A stretch of DNA of 64,000 bases. It comes from Camelus dromedarius. Taxonomy: Eukaryota. The position numbers and the translations under genes were made by a program. The notes under the pieces were generated by a model. That model was not told the origin of the DNA and made no database searches. It worked only from the letters and a program-made list of their open reading frames with translations. The stretch covers positions 78,060,001-78,124,000 of the forward strand of contig NC_087436.1 of assembly GCF_036321535.1 (NCBI RefSeq), written 5' to 3'. Shown here in pieces: positions 1 to 13,635 of this stretch (positions are counted from its first letter, which is position 1; each line of letters begins with the position of its first letter).

Positions 1-898
1 CTCCACCCATGCCAACTGGAGTTCCTTCTTTGCAAAGGTCGTGCACACAGACACAGAGGTGAGGTGGCCTTGGGAAGGGAGGAGAGCTGGGTGGAGGACC
101 ATGAAATGTTGACTCACTCAGGCTTGACCAGACTTCCTCCCTTTATCCACACTCCAGTACAATTTTGGTGAACTTAAGTAAACTGTGCATACTGCTAAGT
201 GTTCCCACTTCCTTTGGGTTATTATCACAGACCTACACCAGCTCCAGTACATGAAAATCCCCTGCCCTCAAAACTTGCCAGCAGAGAGAGGCTCAGAGCA
301 CAGAACATACTCGCAACCATTCCAGGTAGTAAGTTTTCCGTGCAGAATCCTGTTAGAGCCTGACCTGCTTCTCCATCCTCTGGCACCTCCCACAGTACCC
401 GTATCCCTTAAATGCTCTGCTGATTTTTGCATTTACATTTCTATTTCTTAGATGTTTTACATGTTGATTTTTTAATGTCCTTGTGCTTTGTCCTTTCTTT
501 CCTGTGTTTTACGCATCTTCAATACCACCTGTAACTACCACAAGGCTACCTCACCAGAAACATTGAAACGAGTGCTTTTGAAACACTCAGCAACATTACT
601 GGGACTTCTGAAAGGAGGCATGTTCCTTTCACCTACTCTCCTGACTCTTGAGTTTCCTGCCAGCCTTCATCCAAATGCATGTATATTTAGCTACAATGGC
701 CACTTCGCATCACACTCTTGTACACTTTCATTTACCATCATGTTACATATACTCTGTGCTGTTACACAGTCTTTGGGGTTTATAATACTTAGAGACTACA
801 TCATGCTCCATCAACAGGATGGAGTATATGTATTTGATATATTGATAGATATTTTGATTATTTCCATTTTTCCCTTGAATTTTTTTGAAATTCTTAAA

Positions 899-1450
899 GG
901 TTTTATTGATACGATTCACCGACATCTCTGTCACCTATTTAAAGTGCCCAATTCAATGTTTCTTAATACACTCACAGTGTTGTGCAGCCAGTAACACAAT
1001 GTAATTTTAGAATATTTATGCCCCCTGCCCATCCCTCTCTACCTATTAGCAGTCCTTCACCAGCCCTCCTGTCCCCTCCCCCAGCCCTAGGAAACCAACA
1101 GTCAACTTTCTACCTCTGTATTTTTGCCTATCCTGGACATTTTATATAAGTGAAATCATACAGTATGTTGTGTTCTATGGCTTTCATTTAGTGTCATGTT
1201 TTCAAAATTTATCCAGATGTATCACCACTTCATCCTTTTTATTCCCTCCCAAATTCCATTGAATGGATATACGACATTTTATTCATCAGTTTACTCATAT
1301 GAGTTGTTCCCACTTGGGCTATTATGAATAAAGCATTTATGAACATTCACGTACAAGTTTTTATTTCTCTTGGTTATACACCTGGGGGTGGAAATGCTAG
1401 ATCATAAAATACTTCTATGTTTCACATTTTGAGGAACTACCAAACTATTT
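899..1450 (-). mobile_element. Old L1M (L1MB-like) 3' end fragment
   Basis: Reverse-strand L1 3'UTR/ORF2-end motifs, e.g. tggacattttatataagtgaaatcatacagtatg and ttttgaggaactaccaaact; degenerate, boundaries approximate. Confidence 0.8.
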
Positions 1451-1929
1451 ACTTCCTATAATTAATAGCTATGCAAATATACTTTTTTGGTCTTTTGAAT
1501 CATTTCTTTAGAATATATTTCCAGGAGTAGAGTTCTTCTGCTAAAGATATGGACTTTTTTTTTTTTACAGCTTTTGTTATTTACCATTTGATTATTGCTT
1601 TTCAAAAGGATTGGACTGACTTACACAGCTACCAGGTAACATATATATGCATATATCACGTACAGATGCATGTATGTACACACTCTTTTTTTTTCTACAC
1701 AGCAAACTTATAAGGAAGATGCCACAAGTAACCTCATATTTACAGACGAGGACACTATGGGCTACTGAGGTCAGTAACTCCCTGCCAGATGACCAAAGCA
1801 ATGCAATGCCTTTCTTATGGGCTTCATTGGCTTCAAGTGTCTGTATTCAACATGTCCCTGGTTTCAATGAGTAATTGCTGACTCTGTCTCTATCCTGTAA
1901 TTTCTTCAGCTTGTGTCACAATGAAACAA

Positions 1930-2130
1930 GCATGGAGTCAGAGGCACGAGATCAAATTCCAGCCCCATAACGTGGTAGCTTTGAGATCTCGACTAAGCTT
2001 TTGAGTCACTAAGCGTCAGTTTCCCCAAACGTAAAACATGACGACACCTACATCAGAGGTTTGTCTGGGGGGTTAAAATTAAAATTCAGCTCAGCAAAGA
2101 AGCTTACATAATAAGTGCTAATATTATTTT
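1930..2130 (+). mobile_element. MIR SINE
   Basis: ggagtcaga...caaattccagcccc...tcagtttccccaaacgtaaaa...ataagtgctaata resembles the MIR core and tail. Confidence 0.65.
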
Positions 2131-2274
2131 TCACGTTAATGACGAATGTTTCATTGTTATTCTTCCTTGGTGCCCTCTTCAGAGTGAAATATTAGGTATC
2201 TATTATTAGGTATCCACTATAATTTAATAAGTAGATTTCCTCCCCTCCTGTCAATCAACAAACAATCCTATGAG

Positions 2275-2610
2275 TACTGCTAAGTTTATAAGAATTTTTA
2301 TATTAACATATTGATTACATAAGTAATCTAAAAGTTTATAAAAATGTTTCAGTAAAATGTATAACAATTATAGATTATAAAAAGCACAAATAGAATATTT
2401 AGAAATCTATCAAATAAGTTTAAATAGGTATATTTATTTTTTAATTTAAAAAATATTCAGAACTTTTACACCATAAATTATAATTACAAATTTTAAGTAA
2501 AACACGAAGTCTATAAAATAGGCAAATATTTTAAATATTTAAAAAATAATTATGAGTTAATAAAATAAGCATAGGCTCATAAAAGTAAATGCTTATTTAA
2601 AAAGTATTTG
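2275..2610. repeat. Extremely AT-rich low-complexity tract
   Basis: About 330 bp dominated by A/T runs with very few G/C. Confidence 0.8.
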
Positions 2611-3267
2611 TCTGGCTCTAAGGACCTTATAAACAAGATAACAATGATAAAATAGAAAAAGCCCTGGCCCCCAATTCTGAAGTCTTGGATTTCAGAAGAG
2701 CTTTGACACTCACTTCTTATGACCTCTTTGGGGTTCTACATTTCTTTAGCAATAAAATGTACAGCACATAATTTGATTTCTTTTAAAGAATATCCAGTAA
2801 GGCAATGTATCTGAAAACTCTTAACAACAGATAAAAATTATACATCTTTTTGGTACATTAGGACCAAGACATGATAGTTACGCCAACCAACAGTCCATTC
2901 ACTTGTATGATATGAACACTAATTTGTCTTTGAGTTCAGAAAAAAATAGGAAGGAAAATGAAAATGCAAAGTCATCAACTTGAACATGAGAAAATATCAC
3001 ACAGGAGAAGAATTAGCCATGCACAGTTCCCATGCAGCACTGGAGGTCAACTTCACGCACAAAGTGATCTGGGAAGTATGGGTGGGCTCTAAGCGGTCCA
3101 AATCTGAAATGAGCACGTGGTGCTTTCAACAAGAGGGAAGGAAGGGGCTGGGGATGTGGTCACTTGCCTCTCTGCAGGTGGGGCTGCTTGGAGACTAGCA
3201 GCAAACTTAGGGAAAGATTATCGTCGAAGAGGCAAGTTATAAGCAGATTTCAAAGTCATACACTGGC

Positions 3268-3628
3268 ATTCTAACTCCCAGCGCCTCAGAATGCGACTGC
3301 ATTTGGATGCAGCATCTTAAAAGAGGTGATTAAATTAAAAAGAGGTCATTAAATTAAAACGAGGTCATCAGCGTGGGCCCCAATCCAAACAACCAGGGTC
3401 CTTACAAGAAGAGGAAATTTATACACAGACACACACATAAGGAAGATCACATGAAGACACAAGGAGAAGGCAGCCACCTACAAACCAAGAAGAGAAGTCT
3501 CAGAAGAAACAAACTCTGTTGACACCTTCACCTCAAACATCTGGTCTCCAGACTGTGAGAAAATCAATTTCTGTTGTTTACACCACCCTGTCTGTGGGAG
3601 TTGATGGCAGCCATAGAAAACTAATACA
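3268..3628 (+). mobile_element. MaLR LTR (MLT1A-like)
   Basis: cctcagaatgcgactgcatttgga...gtccttacaagaagaggaaattt...ctccagactgtgagaaaatcaatttctgttgttt...gcagccatagaaaactaataca terminus. Confidence 0.85.
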
Positions 3629-3809
3629 AACAAGGCTTCCTAGCCAAAAAAAAATCATCAGTATTGGGGAGAAGGACTTTCAGGAGATAAGCCTTCTACG
3701 GGCCTTTAGGCAGGTAGTGTAGGAAAGGTTTCCAAATGAACCGGGGAGAAGGTGCTGCAGTGACTAGTGACAAACAGATGCGGCAGTTGGAATGGGCAGC
3801 GTTCTGCAC

Positions 3810-4490
3810 GTCAGTACTGAGCGGGCACGGGAGGGTCTTCAGGTGAGGAAGATGCTGCCTTGCTCTCAAGGAGCTCCCCCAAGCCTACTAGGGAAGAGAG
3901 GTGATCAAACAACACTCCAAAGGAGCAGTGCATATTTAGGACACACGGATGCAGAAGGTACAGTGGGAGCTAAAGGAAGTGCATCTCGCCCGCCAGGAGG
4001 GAGTTCCTGTGGCCGGGAGGCTCCCAGGAGGAGGCGGTGCAGGAGCTACGTGTGGGAGGACAGAACAAAAGTGAGGTAGACAAAGTGGTGTGGGGCAGGG
4101 AAGGGAGGGAGGGTCTGGGGGTACGAAAAGAGGTTTATGGTGTTGCAGGAAGAGGAACTGTCATGCGGGCAAGAGGTATGGAACAAAAAGAAATGCTGAG
4201 TTTTGATGTGAACCACAAATAATTTGGGGCTGTTAGATCTTATAGGGTGAGACAGAGGGGGAGAGAGATGACTCTGGAAAGGCAGGCAGGAAGGGCAGGG
4301 TGCTTTTAGAGCAGTGTTGGAATGAATTACTCGGCCAGCAGATGGGAGGATGTATTTGAGAGAAGGAAAGATTGGAAGCTAGGGAAATACTTAGGCTACT
4401 GTTGTCACAAACCAGGAAAGACCAGTGTCTAGGGAGTGAGGAAGTGGAGACAAGGAGTAGAGACTTGAGAGACTCCAAGAGAAGGGGAGG
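3810..4490 (-). mobile_element. L2 LINE fragment
   Basis: Purine-rich antisense L2 3' region (cttgctctcaaggagctc..., gcaggaagaggaactgtcatgcgggcaagaggtatgga). Confidence 0.65.
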
Positions 4491-4639
4491 ACATGAGGGT
4501 GCAGGTGATAGGCAAGGAGGGGCGGTTCGTTTGTATCAGGGTAAGCCCTGGGCACCAAAAGGCACAGAGTGCTCACTACTTTGGAGTTCTGATTTTAAAT
4601 GTATTACTCTTCAGTATAAAATGTATACTGCCTTTTGGC

Positions 4640-5046
4640 CTTAACCCTTCTTGTCTCGACTCGAACTTCTCGCTGCTGCCAAAATGTTCTGCTCTCTCCC
4701 CTGCACACATCCTGTTGTGCAGTGTGTCCACTGGTGTGGTAAGAATGAAATGCACTTGTGGGCACAAGCTACTAAGCATTAATTGCATAATTTCAGTGAG
4801 CCTGCATACAAGTTAAATGCTCTTATATCTACATTTAAAGCTGACACTGCATATGATAGATACAAATGATAAAATTCATACTTTGATTTAATATTTCTTT
4901 ACTAAGAATGACAATAAGTAGCCAATAAAAAACAGGTGAGAGAGAGACTGCAGAAGAAAGGAAAACACTTCATATTTTAGTATATTTAGTGGCATTTTTT
5001 TGTTGATTTTGAATCAAGGGCCCTGCAATTAATGAAGCTAGCCCTG
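4640..5046 (+). mobile_element. hAT-Tip100 DNA transposon remnant (MER45B-like)
   Basis: gagagagactgcagaagaaaggaaaacacttcatattttagt...gggccctgcaattaatgaagctagccctg matches the MER45 right end; left boundary uncertain. Confidence 0.7.
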
Positions 5047-5566
5047 ATGAAAGTCTAAGCATTGCCAGGCACCAAAGCAGCGATAAGACAATCACCAATC
5101 CTTTGGTAAGCACTTAAAAAATAGCTAACAAAATTCAATTTTATTTAAAAAACTGGGTTGTCCAAGTAACTGCCACAGTGTGTGTGGTCTAACAGGTGAA
5201 ATTTACACTCTTAGGCAAATTTATCTTGAAATAACGGTAGAGGACTACGATAAATTAGACTCGTTACGTTGTAGCACTTTTTCCAAATCAGGAGCTCAGG
5301 AAAATACAAGTAACAAAGATACTCAAATCAGATTCCAAAATCACTGAAAACAGTCTGTTTGAAAATATATGAGCTTCGTCTGGTCCAAGCACCAGCGAGT
5401 GCTCCAACAACAGGTTAAAGCTAAGCTTTGGATTCTGACACTATATGGACAAAATTTCTGTTCTCAAAGATGAAATCAATTCATATTAATTAAGTTTTAT
5501 GCAATGCTAAGATAAAAAATGAAAACATTCATTCATCCTTTATATATACACTCAATTACAACTTTT

Positions 5567-5692
5567 TTTGTGTGGGGTGGGGGAGGAGGTAATTAGGTTT
5601 GTTTATTTATTTAGATGGAGGTACTGGAGATTGGACCCAGGACCTCATGCATGCTAAGCATGTGCTCTACCACTGAGCTACACTCTGCCCCC
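5567..5692 (-). mobile_element. vic-1-type tRNA-Ala-derived SINE
   Basis: Reverse tRNA-like head (gtgctctaccactgagctac) plus ggtaattaggttt tail; TSD tcaattacaactttt (5552-5566) / tcaaatgcaactttt (5694-5708). Confidence 0.92.
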
Positions 5693-7414
5693 TTCAAATG
5701 CAACTTTTAAGGAAAAGGGAATAAGCCTTTGTTCTCACATTTTTGGGCCTTTCTCTGTGTTCCAAGCAGAAGCATTTGGGCTTCAACTCTTATATCTTCC
5801 TTACAGTGACTCTTGGATTCATTTTTCAGCTCTGAACATAGTAAAGTGGAAATAATCTTAATCACTCTTCTCTCCTTGAAACCAAAAGATTGCTCAGAGT
5901 TACTCTAACATTTCTAAGAAGCATGTACAGTAATAATATTTTCAAACAATATAGCCCTTAACTAGTCGTCCTAGAAATTTCTTGTGTTACTAGAAATCAA
6001 GCGAGGTGAGTTGGCAGATCACAAATGGAGCCATAACCCATGGGCATAATTCTTCTGGAGAGCAGACAAGTGGTACAATTTCAAGTGCAAAGGTTAAGGA
6101 AGCCCCACCCTTTGATTATTTATACCTGGAATATCTTTTCTAGGGAAAAGACATTCATTCTGTAATTAATAGTGAGCAAAAGGCTTAAAGCGTAAAATTC
6201 CCTGGGAGAGATGACAGGCTGGTTTTAATTCACAGTAAGCGGAAAATGACTGAGGGAGAGTAATCTCTTACACCAGGTTTTGATAGGAAACAGAGCAACA
6301 AGGAGTAACCAATGACTGCAACTGAGAGGGACGCAGAGGGTACTGAGACCGCTTCTGCCCCATCACTGTGTCTTGGTCCCTGTCATGTGTTACACGTCAC
6401 AGCGATGTACAAGCCGAAAGCAGTCCTCCCGATTTTAATCTCCAGTTTAACAGGGAAGAATTTCCTAAAAATCCTGCCCACATTGTAGACTCTACACCAT
6501 GTAATTTATATTATTTTTAGGTATTTAAATGCTATTATGGGTATAATTCTCAGGAGCAGGAGTGGTGTTTTATGGAAATAGTTCTTGACCTATCGGTAGA
6601 CAAGCTCTTCTGGACCTGATGGCAGAAGAGCCCTCTCTGGGCCGCTTTTTGAAACAAAGAGAGGTGCCCCCCAGTTGGACGCACTCAGGGAGGCAGCTGG
6701 TGTGGGGATCATGGCACAGCATTGTGTGCTCATTTTACTTTTCCATCATTAAATCAGCCGTTTGATTTTATCAGATGTGATCCATTATCCAAACTGCATT
6801 CAGATTGAAGGGCAAAGAATTTGGCGTCAGAAGATCTGGGTTTGAGTCTTTTCTCTTTTTGATTCCTCAAAAAAAAAAAAAAGGTAACGATACTGCTAAA
6901 CAACTTCTCTTCCCCGCCCTACCCAGCTCGTAGCTTTGTTATGAATGGCTGTGCTGGTCAGACACAGTGATAGAGGCGTTTTTGCCATTGTCTTTATTCT
7001 CGAAGCAATGCTCCACATGAGAGAAAGCATGTGAGCACGACTTAAAAACTGGAACGCAGAGTCCCACACAAACACTAGTTTCTCTCAAACAAATGGACAA
7101 GAGAAGTGGAATATACAGGAATATTTTAGTAGAGAGGATGCATGCCAATGACATTTTAATCTGAAATTTTATTATAAAAGGTAAAAATATAAAAGCAGAC
7201 CTATGTCAGGACATGGAGTCACTTCTGCCCCTTGGCCCTTAGTGGGTCTGACTTTCCTCTCACATCTCTTATCAAGGCCGTCTGCGGCTTCCCAGACCTC
7301 TCAGGCCAAGGAGGGTACAAGTGTTCTCTACCTCCCTTGGGACAGATGGGTCTCCTGCTCAGCAACCTGAGGGCCAAGCAAGGCCCCGTCCAGACGGCAT
7401 CTCCTCCACGCCAC

Positions 7415-7872
7415 CTCGCAGTCACTCCACCAAGGAAGCCACTCTCCTGATTTCTAACACCATAGTTTTCCACACACACATACACACCCTGCTTGAATGC
7501 CATACAAATAAAATTACACACAACGTATTTTGGGGGATCTCCATTCTCTTCCTTAATGTTACGTTTTTGAGGTTCATTATGCCACTGTGCATGGCTATAG
7601 TTCACTGACTCATTGCTGCATAGTATTCCATTCTGTGACTCTATCACAGTTTATCCATTTCACTGCTAACAGACATTTGTATTATTTCCAGTTTGGAGCT
7701 ATTATACATAATACTGCCATGAACATCCTTACTCATGCCTTTTGGTGCACTTACGTATATTTTATCTATGTGGTAGAAGAATTGTGAGATCACAGACTCT
7801 GCATATATGCAATTTTAGTAGGCAAGGCTAAACAGTTTTCCAAAGTGGTTGTACCAACATGTACTTCACCAA
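7415..7872 (-). mobile_element. Old L1ME-like fragment
   Basis: tagtattccatt...tttccagtttggagctattat...aaacagttttccaaagtggttgtaccaa antisense L1M motifs. Confidence 0.8.
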
Positions 7873-8239
7873 ACTTAGACTTTCTTTAGCAGTGTCATTT
7901 ATTTATGTATGTATGTATGTATGTGTTTTTTAATTTATTATTGAGATAACATTATATAACTGTCATTAGCAGTATCTTTTGATACATTTCTTTTTCTGCT
8001 TCTATTAGCCAGAGCTGGTTTCCATTGCATGCAAATAAGACCTTCATAAGACATGTGAAAAACCTGGAGAGGAGTGTTACAGGTTGAAAGTAGCAGGGAG
8101 AAAGAGCCAGGGGCCATCATTTAACTACTTGTGTTGACTACTTACCAAGTTGATACTGTGCCTAAATGTTTACACACGCACATACACACACACACATGCA
8201 TCTAGATAGACAGATATATAGATAGCCAGAGATTAGCCC

Positions 8240-8445
8240 AGTTACTCATTCTTACTCAACAGTGATACACCAGGCACTGGGTTAGGCAAAACCCTCTAAG
8301 TAAGTATGATTAACATTTATGCAGATTGGAAACTGACATTTAATACACTGAAATAAATTGCTTAAGATCATCTATATGTAATGATAAAGCAAGAATTTGA
8401 ACCCAACGTTGTCTGCCTCCAAAAGCTATGCTGTTCACCAATAAA
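8240..8445 (-). mobile_element. MIR SINE
   Basis: atgcagattggaaactgac...ttgcttaagatcat...gaatttgaacccaacgttgtctgcctccaaaagc. Confidence 0.65.
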
Positions 8446-11039
8446 TCACACTGATACTGCCTCTTTTTAAAACCAAGAAAAGAGTTGATTAATTTATGAA
8501 GGGCATATAGAGCAGACTCTGTTAACTCTAAATGACATTGAATAGCACCAACTGTCTTCCATGATTCTTAATTTTTTCCCAGTGTCTGTGTAGAGCATCA
8601 TGGGCAAAGTGGTAGATAGTCTTGGACGGGATGACATACCAGGGAGCGGTGAATGTGACAAGTTGTTTGCGAATGTTCTTCAGTTACTAGCAGACACTGA
8701 TGCTGCATTCCAGGTCTGCTAAAGAGAATCTTAGCTAATAATGGTAATTCATATTCATAAAATATTTTACATCCCTAAAACACAGGCCAGAATGCAGCTA
8801 GGTCATAAATAGCGATATGTTTCTTCACCATCTACCTTCAAGACTTTCTTTGAAAGATGCCATTTTTTTCAGGGTGAGTGCAGACTAGAGAAGGAATATA
8901 ATTGTTTTCTGTTATGTTTCTTTTTTTTTTTAACAGATAAATGCTAAATCTGAATCAGTTCAAATTACTGAATTGATTTCATCTGTAATAATTTTACAGG
9001 TTATAAGATTGATGTGTGTTGGCTTCTTGTTTGGTTGGCCTTGTTGATGTTAAGTTGACAGTAGTTTCTTAATGCTTGATTGCCATAAAGGGTTACTGGT
9101 TCAGAGCTCCTGATAAATGCTTCAGGGACAACTTATTAAAATAAACAGTGTTCCTTCCTTGAGTGGAGTTTCCCTGAATTCTCTTAAATTTCTATCATTC
9201 TAAAACATAGATGACATTAAAAGAAACAATTTAAGTTGAATAGATTTGGCACATGCTAAGGGCATTTCTGTGTATCATGTAGCTGTAGTTATAAAATGTC
9301 ACATCAAAAAGCAACATTGGAATCCGCTTAGAAATCGGTAGTGACAATCAACCCCTAAGAAAAGACTTCTCTTAGCCGAATACAGAGATGTAGAGTAGGG
9401 CAATAGGAACAGCTGAAATATTTTCTCTCGGCTGCTTACTTAATTACATTGTTTCCTAAACCAATTCTATTTTTGAACATGCCTCTCTAAAAATTATCAT
9501 GGAGCAGACAGTTACAGTATCATCTGCTGTCTGCTGCTTATAATTGACAAGTGATTGCTAGATGCAAATTGTGTAATTAATCAGCCTTGAAGAAAAGTGA
9601 AAACTGTGCCCTCCATCCAAATGCAAAGCTAGCTTTTGGTGCCAGTACTTTTGGCTTTTGCAGTTTAGGCTGATGTGAGCACATGCATATGAGCTGCTGC
9701 TCCCACTGGGGCCACTTCTGCCTTCAGAACGTGGGCAGATAACTCCGTACATTAGACCAGATGAGCCTGAACACCTTTATGTACTTCATCCTCAGTCATA
9801 TTTATGGGCAGGGAAATTGTCAGGGAAAGGCAGCTTCCTCTGGAGAAGGACAGACACACAGCAGATGCAAGGCCCACCTGTGCAACAACAGGAAAATATA
9901 AATCCTGGTAATAGTATTCAGGTAACATTCTCTGATCCTCAGTATTCTGAGTGGACAGTTTATTCTTCCTGAGTGTCTCCTCTGTTTAGCTTATAATCAT
10001 AAATAAAATGACTTCTGTATCATAAAAGTGTACTTGATCGTTAAGTACAATTAAAGTAGAATTAAGCTCTTGATGGAGAGCAATCCATTTAGGCTCTGAA
10101 TTAAAAAAAAAAAAAATCCGTCTAAGAAACTCAGAGGATGGGCCACCACTGCTGGTTTGGAACCTGCTATTTAGGTGCTTCGTGTGCCAGCCTAGTGTTT
10201 AGTTTCTCTGAGTCATGCTCCCTCTAATCCCTTACTCTCCAGTGTATGATTTTAATGGCTTTTCTTTACTTAAAGTCTTAGAGAAAGTTAAAAATACAAA
10301 TAAAACATGGCAACACAGCTACTATATTCTTCTTAACCTTCTCTTTTTAACTTCAGGATTTACCCTTGAACCTTAGCGTGTGTATACAAATAGCAGAATG
10401 AGAGAAAAACAAAAGTTGATCCACCTTAATTTATCATTGCATTTGATCTATACCCGGATTCAGCTTGACCTAGTATGATAAGGAATAAGGACTTTCTGCA
10501 CCTAAACCAAATAGATGAGAGAGTGATGGAAAGCATGACAGAATTCACAGAGGAAGGAAGAGTTGTTTAACCAATTTTTATCTCTCTCTGCTCTTTGTCT
10601 GAATTTGAGCCATGATCTCTATGAAATCTATTTGTTTTGGCTGAAATTTGGAATTTGGCTAAGGTCAGTGTTAGCCTTAATGTTAACCAAGAATTCAGCT
10701 TAGTATTAAACGTTGTAATGGATTCAGAGGATTCACTTGCTTGGTTACTTTTTAAAGGTACCATCTGCAGACTTGAAATGTAGCTCTGAATTGTGTTAAT
10801 TTAGTGAAAATCACAGGGCAGATGCTGGTGTTTCCTTGCTTTTTGTAATCTATGTCAGTCCAATGCATGTGTCCTGATTCAGAGGGTGTGAGAATTCTCA
10901 TACACTCTAACAATGACTTTGATTTGAAAATAATCTACACCCAAAGCAGCTGTAAACTGCAGCCAGGCCCGTTTGCTGCATTGTACTAAAGAGTATGTGT
11001 GTGTTTGTGTACAAATAAAAATGAAAATGACTAGAAGGA

Positions 11040-12437
11040 AGCCACAGCAATCAAGACAGTGTGATTCGGGCAAAAGAATACAGACAAAAACCCAATGGAC
11101 CAGAACAGAGAGCCCAGAAACACACCTGCACCGATATACTCAACTGGCCTTTCACAACAGAGTAAAGGGACAGTACAGTGGAGCAAAGATAGTCTTTTCA
11201 ACAAATGATGATGGGACAACTGGACACCCACATGCACAAACAAACAAACAAACAAACAAATGTGAATCTAGACACAGACCTAACACCCTTCACAAAAATT
11301 AACTCAAAATGGACCTAAATGTAAAATGCAAATCTATAACATTCCTAGAAGATAACACAGAAGAACACCTAGATGACTTTGGGTATAGTGATGACTTTTT
11401 AGATACGGTGCCAAAGGCACCATCTATGAGATAAATAATTGATAAGCTGGACTTCATTAAAATTAAAACCTTCGGTCTGCAAAAGGCAGTGTCAGGGGAA
11501 TGTGAAGACAAGCCGCAGACTGGGAGAATACATTTGCAAAGGACATAGCTGACAAAGGCTCATTATCCAACTCATACAAGGAACTCTTAAAACTTGATGA
11601 TAAGAAAACAACTAGTTTAAGAAATGGGCTAAAGATCTTAACAGATGCTTCACCAAAGAACATGTACAGATGGCAAATCAGCAAATGAAGAGATGCTTCA
11701 CATCATATATCATCAGGGAAATGTAAATTAAAATAATGAGATGTCACTGAACACTTATTAGAATGACTAAAATCCAGAACACTGACAACACCGAATGCTG
11801 GCAAGGATGTGAAGCAACAGGAATTCTCATTTATTACTGATGGGAATGGAAAATGGTACAGCCCCTTTGGAAGACAGTTTGGCAATTTCTTACAAAACTA
11901 AACATACCCTTACCATACAATCCAGCAATCATGCTTCTTGGTATTTACCCACAGGAATTGAAAACTTATGTCCACACGAAAACCTGTGTGTGGATATTAA
12001 TAGTAGCTTTTTGCATAATTGCCCAAAATTGAAAGCAACTAAGATGTCCTTCAGTAGGTGAATGGATAAATAAATTGTATTATATCCAGACAATGGAATG
12101 GCATTCAGTGCTAAGTCATGGAAAGACATGAAGGAAATTTAGATGCATATTGCTAAGTGAAAGAAGCCAATCTTAAAAGACTACACCCTGTATGATTCCG
12201 ACTCTGTGACATTCTAGAAAAGGCAAAGCTATGGAGACAATAAAAAGATCAGTGGTTGCCAAGGGACGGGGATGACCAGACAGATAACAGAGGATTTTTA
12301 GGGCAGTGAGACTGCTTTTGTGTGATGCTATCTGTTGATAGATACATGTTATCATGTTATTATACATCAAGAATGAGCCCTATGGTAAACTGTGGACTTT
12401 GGGTGATTACGAGGTGTCAGTATAGCTTTATCAATTG
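11040..12437 (+). mobile_element. L1MC-like LINE fragment (ORF2 end plus 3'UTR, decayed)
   Basis: Continuous L1 ORF2-end similarity (gtcttttcaacaaatg, aaaattaactcaaaatgga, ggcaaggatgtgaagcaacaggaattctc) and an L1MC-type 3'UTR (gtaaactgtggactttgggtgatta); ORFs broken. Confidence 0.9.
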
Positions 12438-12989
12438 CTGGCTTGTACAACTGCCTTCTGCAAACATTTCCCACGAGGAGCAGCATGAATTTATGATAAC
12501 AGGACATGCTGAGACTATGCACAACTCCTCCTGCCAAGCCTGAGTGTTCGAGGCCAGTGACTGAGCTGGTGTGATGGAATTTCCTTCATAATAAGATAAA
12601 AAGCCAGAATCTGTTGTCTTTAGAAGATAGTAAGCACTTGCTTTTCCTGCTTCATGGGGCCTGGGAGGTCAGGTCCACACAGACATCTCTATTCAGAAAG
12701 ATGGATTCTGCTGAAGCAATTTTACTTCAATAGGAGATGGAGAGAAAACGAGTAGGGAGAGTGCTGGGTCAGACACACACGGTCGCAGCCGGCCAGTCTT
12801 GGTCCAGTCACTTGAGTAGGTCAGTGACTACCTGTTGACATCCTTGTGTGATTTCTTTTCCCTTTAATTTACTGAAAAAAAATTGCTTCAAGTGCTGTTC
12901 ATACATATGCAGTAACGTTCACATAGCTGCCTTTGAGGTCATGTTGGGAAAAGATGTGGACCTTCTGGAGAAAGGAGCAAGCTCTGAGC

Positions 12990-13233
12990 AAATGTGAGGA
13001 GGGTTATACATCCTCCTTGTTCTCCTTTTCCTTCCAGCAGCGAACTCTAAAGTATCACGCTGAGGTGCTGGTGTCAAAGGATGGTGGAGACACTGTTATC
13101 CTGGGTTCCTGAGTGACCATATGGAGCAGAACCTCCTGCTGTCCAGCACTGCATATGTGTGTTGAGGTAAACCATTGAGATTTAGGGATGAGTTTGTTAT
13201 CACAGCATAATGTAGCCTATATTGATTAATATA
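12990..13233 (+). mobile_element. Old MaLR LTR fragment (MLT1J/K-like)
   Basis: ctgggttcctgagtgaccatatggagcag...aaccattgagatttaggg...tttgttatcacagcataa...ttgattaatata. Confidence 0.6.
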
Positions 13234-13404
13234 CTAGTAAACGTGTTCAGACCTATTTATGCCCAAAAGAGAGGAAAATTCTTATTAATATAGACATATA
13301 TACATGCCTCATCAATGTTTCCAGGAAATACTCAGATAGTTTCTGACTTATGAATATGACCTCTCTTCTTTCCTGTGCAAGCAACACAGATAAATGATGG
13401 GATC

Positions 13405-13635
13405 CATTAATGTATTCAGCCAGTTATTTCTGAGCAAGGTACTTTGCGGATGCTACAAATAGAACACCGATCAAAACAGAGAACACCCCTGCTCTCACAG
13501 AGCTTAGATCCCATGGATTTTAGATTCCAAGGGAGAAATAAAAAAATTAAGAAGTAAGAGAAATAGGAAGTGTTTTGGAAAGTTAAAAGTGCTATTAGCA
13601 AAAATAAATCAGGGAAGGGGGACAGGGAGTGTCAA
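13405..13635 (-). mobile_element. L2 LINE 3' fragment
   Basis: cccctgctctcacagagcttagat...aagtgctattagcaaaaataaatcagggaagggggacagggagtg. Confidence 0.65.

Noticed and set aside
488..994. 168-aa hydrophobic ORF
   Set aside because: Non-ATG start, runs into an antisense L1M fragment, no recognisable domain; hydrophobicity reflects T-rich DNA
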